A DNA stretch of 64,000 nt from Clostridia bacterium. GTDB taxonomy: Bacteria; Bacillota; Clostridia; UMGS1883; UMGS1540. Position numbers and translations under genes: made by a program. The stretch is from the NCBI GenBank assembly GCA_045535515.1, contig JAZSLT010000010.1, forward strand, positions 1,916 through 65,915, read 5' to 3'. Shown here piece after piece: positions 60,059 through 64,000 of this stretch. The first letter of the stretch is position 1. Each line of letters starts with the position of its first letter. The notes under the pieces were generated by a model. It was not told where the DNA came from, did not search any database, and saw only the letters and a program-made list of their open reading frames with translations.

Positions 60059-60985
60059 ATGAAAATGGCAACAAAACTTGAAAGAAGTAATTTTGCGGCG
60101 CTTTTGACGCCGGTACACAGAAAGGTGTTTTTTGACACCTACAACAAGAAGAAAAAGCAGTATACCGAAATTTTCAAGGTAGACGAAATGCACGCGAAGG
60201 AAGAATCCTTCCCGCATCTCGGCGCTTTCGGCAAGTGGGCGGAAAACGCGGAAGGAAATGATTTTAATGTGGCGGACATCGCACAGGGCGATATTGCCAC
60301 CTTCACCGCCCGCCGCTTTGACAAGGCGTATGAGGTGACCTGGGAGCTTGTACAGGATGACCTTTACAATGTGATGAAGGGAAGTGGCCGAGGCGGCAGC
60401 GCCTCCAAGCTCGGCAGCGGACTCCAGGCGACCGAGGAATCGCAGGCCGCCCGCGTGATTTTGGACGGCTTTACCGAAAACGGCTACGATGGCGTACCGC
60501 TGTTTTCGGCAAATCATCCGCTGGTAAACGGCACGGAAAGCTGTTCTAACCTCGTGGAAGGTGCGCTGACGGACGAGAAGCTCAAGGAAGCGCTGACCAG
60601 AATGCGCCTTCAGAAGGACGAGGCCGGCGTGCTTGTTGCCGCGCATGCGGACAAGCTGGTTGTACACCCCGATTGGGAATTTACGGCCCGCGCTCTCGTT
60701 GGCTCCACCTTACAGGCAGGCACAGCCAACAACGATAAGAACACCATTCCGCACCTTGACATTGTGGTATGGGATTATCTGTATGACGGCACGGATACAA
60801 ATAAGCCGTGGTTTGTACAAGACGGCAGCATGGACAACCTGATGTTCCTGTGGCGCGAAAAGCCCATCTTTGACAGCGAAAAGATTGACAACAAGATGGA
60901 CTATCGCTTCTACGGATACTGCCGCTTTGACACAGGCTATGTGGATTGGCGCGGTCTTGTCGGCTCTACGGGCAAAAGCGAATAA
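60059..60985 (+). CDS. putative phage major capsid protein
   Basis: 308 aa, following the scaffold gene with a strong RBS. Assigned by position and size only. Confidence 0.45.
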   Translation: MKMATKLERSNFAALLTPVHRKVFFDTYNKKKKQYTEIFKVDEMHAKEESFPHLGAFGKWAENAEGNDFNVADIAQGDIATFTARRFDKAYEVTWELVQDDLYNVMKGSGRGGSASKLGSGLQATEESQAARVILDGFTENGYDGVPLFSANHPLVNGTESCSNLVEGALTDEKLKEALTRMRLQKDEAGVLVAAHADKLVVHPDWEFTARALVGSTLQAGTANNDKNTIPHLDIVVWDYLYDGTDTNKPWFVQDGSMDNLMFLWREKPIFDSEKIDNKMDYRFYGYCRFDTGYVDWRGLVGSTGKSE

Positions 60986-61008
60986 GGAAAAGGGAAGGAA
61001 GTGAGAAT

Positions 61009-62604
61009 ATGCGTGTATCCGAAATTTTAAACGAGGGTGTAGAGCAGTTTTTGTCAATCGCACCTTCCACAGTAGCGCACATGGAGGACACGGATAATCC
61101 CCATGCGGTGACGAAAAAGACGATAGGGCTTGAAAATGTTACCAACGACCTGCAGGCCAAGGATGCCGACTTCCGTTCCCACAAAGAGGCGGCAGAGCTT
61201 GACCATCCGGACGGCAGCGTGACAACAGACAAGCTGGCCGCGGCGGCGGTGAAAACAGAGAAGCTCGCAAGCGGCGCGGTGACGGCGGAAAAAATAGCCG
61301 AGGGCGCCGTGGGCGGTGATGCACTCCGGGAGGGGTGCATCCGGCCGGAGCACCTCGCCGGCAACCTGAAAACAACCCTTTCCGAGAAGGTGGACACAGT
61401 GAAGGGGATGGGCCTTTCGCAAAACAGCTTTACCGATGCGGAAAAAGCGAAGCTGGGTGCTATAAAGGTGGTGGACGAGGAGACGCACACGCTCGACACG
61501 GCGACGCTGGTGCTGAAGGGGCAGGAGCTTGTGCTGCACAAGGAAGGACATCGGTATACCTACGAAGGAGAAACGGTGCTGGACAGGAATGTCACCAGTT
61601 TTATTTCGGCAGACACCGATGAGGTGAACGGCAATATGATGGTGGCCTATCGGGACAGAGACAATATTTATACCGTTTCCTGGCTTTATGGGGGAGACAA
61701 GAAATGGTACACATTCAAGCTGCCGGAAAACACCTCCTGTCACACCATGTATCAGGGCACCCTTTATTATGTCGTTTTAGAAGGAAATGTGGCGAAGGTA
61801 GAAAGACGGACCCATATCAATGCGGTGCACGATTGGGGAAGCTATACACTGGCAAGAACGGGAACGATAGAGGTGAAGGGTGTTTTTGCAAAGGACGATT
61901 CCGTTCGCATTGTCTATTGGGAACATGGGACAAGCTATACAACCTTGTGCGTGGAGAAGTTCAAAAAGAGCACAGGAGAGCAGGAATGGATTTACACCAA
62001 AAATATGACAAAAAAAGCAAAATTTACGCCGCCTCCTGCCGATGCCGACACGATTTACGAAAGCCGCGTGCGCATGGTGACACATGATGCATCGGACGAC
62101 CTGTATGTGGCAATGGTGCTTCCCTCGAGCCAGAAATACGCCGTTGTGCGTATCGACATAAACGGCGAAGTAAAGGGCGAATACTTCCCAATCGAAAGCA
62201 ATCATGACGGCTATATTTTTCAGGACCTTGCTGTTGTGGACAAAAAGATTTATGCCTTCGCCCGCTCACGGCTGATGATGGCCGATATGGAAACGGGCGC
62301 AACGGTTATGGCGTGGCGGCACAACAGCCAATGCCTCCGAGGCATCAATGTTGACCCCGAAGGGGAAATCTACCTGATGATGGAAAGCACGGCCGGCGTC
62401 ACAAAATTGTATCGCTTTAAAGGAAACCGGGAAATGGAATGTAATATCAATGAGGCGGCAAACACCTATCCGCAGAAAATAGACGGACGATATCTGATAG
62501 CGCGATATCTCGATGGCAAGATGTATTTATTCCATATACCGGAAGGAACAGAGAAGCTTATGATGACCACCTACACGGCCGATACGGTGTACAGCATATT
62601 GTAA
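61009..62604 (+). CDS. phage structural protein with N-terminal tail-fiber-type tandem repeats and a C-terminal beta-propeller-like domain
   Basis: Repeats VTTDKLAAAAV / KTEKLASGAV / TAEKIAEGAV (phage fibre repeat type). The C-terminal 300 aa has recurring aromatic/beta-strand blocks. Start at MRVSEIL (61009). Confidence 0.45.
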   Translation: MRVSEILNEGVEQFLSIAPSTVAHMEDTDNPHAVTKKTIGLENVTNDLQAKDADFRSHKEAAELDHPDGSVTTDKLAAAAVKTEKLASGAVTAEKIAEGAVGGDALREGCIRPEHLAGNLKTTLSEKVDTVKGMGLSQNSFTDAEKAKLGAIKVVDEETHTLDTATLVLKGQELVLHKEGHRYTYEGETVLDRNVTSFISADTDEVNGNMMVAYRDRDNIYTVSWLYGGDKKWYTFKLPENTSCHTMYQGTLYYVVLEGNVAKVERRTHINAVHDWGSYTLARTGTIEVKGVFAKDDSVRIVYWEHGTSYTTLCVEKFKKSTGEQEWIYTKNMTKKAKFTPPPADADTIYESRVRMVTHDASDDLYVAMVLPSSQKYAVVRIDINGEVKGEYFPIESNHDGYIFQDLAVVDKKIYAFARSRLMMADMETGATVMAWRHNSQCLRGINVDPEGEIYLMMESTAGVTKLYRFKGNREMECNINEAANTYPQKIDGRYLIARYLDGKMYLFHIPEGTEKLMMTTYTADTVYSIL

Positions 62605-62617
62605 CGGAGGCGGAAGG

Positions 62618-62842
62618 ATGAATGAGATAACGATAGCCGGCCTTTCCTTTTTGGGAACCTGTGTGGGAACGGTGGGCGGCATACTGACGGCGAGCCGTCT
62701 GACAAACTATCGCCTCGAGCAGCTGGAAAAAAAGGTGGCCAAGCATAACAATCTGGTGGAACGCATGGCCTGTGCGGAGGAGAGCGTGAAAAGCGCACAC
62801 CGCCGCATTGACGAAATCAAGGAGGAGGTACTGCATGGATAA
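62618..62842 (+). CDS. BhlA/UviB/XhlA-family holin-like protein
   Basis: 74 aa: one N-terminal TM helix followed by a coiled coil. First gene of an XhlA-XhlB-amidase-type lysis cassette. Confidence 0.55.
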   Translation: MNEITIAGLSFLGTCVGTVGGILTASRLTNYRLEQLEKKVAKHNNLVERMACAEESVKSAHRRIDEIKEEVLHG

Positions 62843-63014
62843 ACGATGGAAAAGCCCGATTTTATGGGCATCGTGTCTTGCGCTCTTCGCCTTTGTGATG
62901 AAAACCTGGGTGGGATGGGAAATTCCGCAGTTTGATACATTTGCGGAGCTTCTTTTGGCGGCGCTTGCGGCGCTGGGCGTTATCAACAATCCCACCGACA
63001 GGGAGCATTTTTAA
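62835..63014 (+). CDS. phage holin (SPP1/XhlB-type, two TM helices)
   Basis: 59 aa with two TM helices and a charged C-terminus. ATGGATAA overlap with the upstream gene and a GGAGGAGG RBS. Confidence 0.55.
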   Translation: MDKRWKSPILWASCLALFAFVMKTWVGWEIPQFDTFAELLLAALAALGVINNPTDREHF

Positions 63015-63033
63015 AAAGCAGGAGGGGAACGAG

Positions 63034-63648
63034 ATGCAAATAGCCTACAACAAAACCGAGAGAAAGGAAAAGCCGCGCTACATCGTGGTACACACGACGG
63101 GAAACACCCGAAAGGGTGCGGATGCGGCGGCGCACTTTTCGTACTGGAACAGCAAAAATGTAGGGCAGAGCGCCGATTTTGTCGTAGACGAAAACGGGGC
63201 GCTCCAGATAAATGATTACACAAAATATTATACATGGCATTGCGGGGACGGAAAGGGGCGCTACGGCATAACCAACCAGAACTCTATCGGGGTGGAAATC
63301 TGCGTAAACGAGGATGGCGACTTTTCGCGCGCGCTCGAGCATACCGTTGCCCTTTTGCGAAGGCTGAAGGGGGAAACGGGAATAGAAAATGTGGTGCGGC
63401 ATTACGACGCCTCCCGTAAAATGTGCCCCGCGGCCCTGGCTGAAAACGATTGGGAAAAGTGGAAGGAGCTGAAAAGAAAAGTGGCAGAGGTAGAGGAACT
63501 GACCAGCGTAAACGACATCGTTTGGGAGCTGGGAGAGAGAGGCGTTATTACAGATGCCGCCCTCTGGCTTCGAAAGCTGGAAGAGGATGAAAATGCGTAC
63601 TGGCTGGCGCGAAAGTGCCTGCGCTATATGAGGGGGAGATGTGTGTGA
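63034..63648 (+). CDS. N-acetylmuramoyl-L-alanine amidase (amidase_2/PGRP domain) endolysin
   Basis: YIVVHTTGN, HCGDG and ...ICVNEDGD blocks typical of amidase_2 Zn amidases. Follows two holin genes. Confidence 0.75.
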   Translation: MQIAYNKTERKEKPRYIVVHTTGNTRKGADAAAHFSYWNSKNVGQSADFVVDENGALQINDYTKYYTWHCGDGKGRYGITNQNSIGVEICVNEDGDFSRALEHTVALLRRLKGETGIENVVRHYDASRKMCPAALAENDWEKWKELKRKVAEVEELTSVNDIVWELGERGVITDAALWLRKLEEDENAYWLARKCLRYMRGRCV

Positions 63649-64000
63649 GAGTAGGAGAAATTCTGGCCGATGTGAAAACGAGAATGCCGAATGCCTTTGA
63701 AGAGGATACGCTTATACGGTGGCTGGACAGCGCCGTACGGGAGCTTTACAAGGTGCTGGGTGTGCGCGAGGGCTTTACCTTCCGCGCCATGGGCGGTCAG
63801 ACGATATATCCTATCCCGACCGACATATGTGCGGGTGGCATCAGCGCCGTGGTAGTCGGCGGAAAGGAAATAGCGGCGCGGCGCATCGGCGATGCAAACG
63901 GCATCGGCTGGTTCGGGGCCACGGAGGGCTTTATCGGGCTGTACCCGAGCCCGGGGCGAGGGGAAAAGATAACGATATGGTATTATGTGCGCCCCGCACG
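63645..64000 (+). CDS. phage gp6-like head-tail connector protein (partial, runs off the window end)
   Basis: GTG start overlapping the amidase stop, with an AGGGGGAG RBS. N-terminal helical region, then ...IYPIPTD...ISAVVVGGKEI... and ...ITIWYY, the pattern of Phage_connect_1 proteins. Not in the ORF track because it is truncated. Confidence 0.45.
   Translation, partial: MRVGEILADVKTRMPNAFEEDTLIRWLDSAVRELYKVLGVREGFTFRAMGGQTIYPIPTDICAGGISAVVVGGKEIAARRIGDANGIGWFGATEGFIGLYPSPGRGEKITIWYYVRPA

Overview
This is a high-GC (about 60%) Firmicutes/Clostridia-type chromosomal segment spanning the replication origin. The core is parA-parB on the minus strand, an oriC/parS region, then dnaA-dnaN-yaaA-recF-remB-gyrB-gyrA on the plus strand, flanked by ordinary housekeeping genes. 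Those include rlmD, serS, two tRNAs, ftsK, uppP, rnc, acpP, recG, uxaC, a fusA paralog, a YfhO/CsbB glycosylation pair, and a flavodiiron FprA with an Hrb-like partner. The last ~7 kb is a phage-like head and lysis module that runs off the window end: portal, scaffold, capsid, a fiber-repeat/beta-propeller protein, an XhlA/XhlB/amidase lysis cassette and a head-tail connector. No terminase or integrase is visible. The most unusual signals are non-coding. (1) At least seven intergenic arrays alternate a short AT-rich box (TCGATAT, GTGATATT/AATATAACT or AGCTAAATT) with short GC hairpins whose stems differ by compensatory changes. (2) At least four plus-strand copies of a ~80-nt three-way-junction element with the same kind of stem covariation, each followed by its own hairpin/U-rich terminator, sit in 3' UTRs and are sometimes chained to the box arrays. 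Other regulatory features are two perfect parS palindromes upstream of parAB, DnaA-box clusters, and a Trp-type T-box leader upstream of a standalone TrpB-like gene. No CRISPR array, IS element or integrase was seen.
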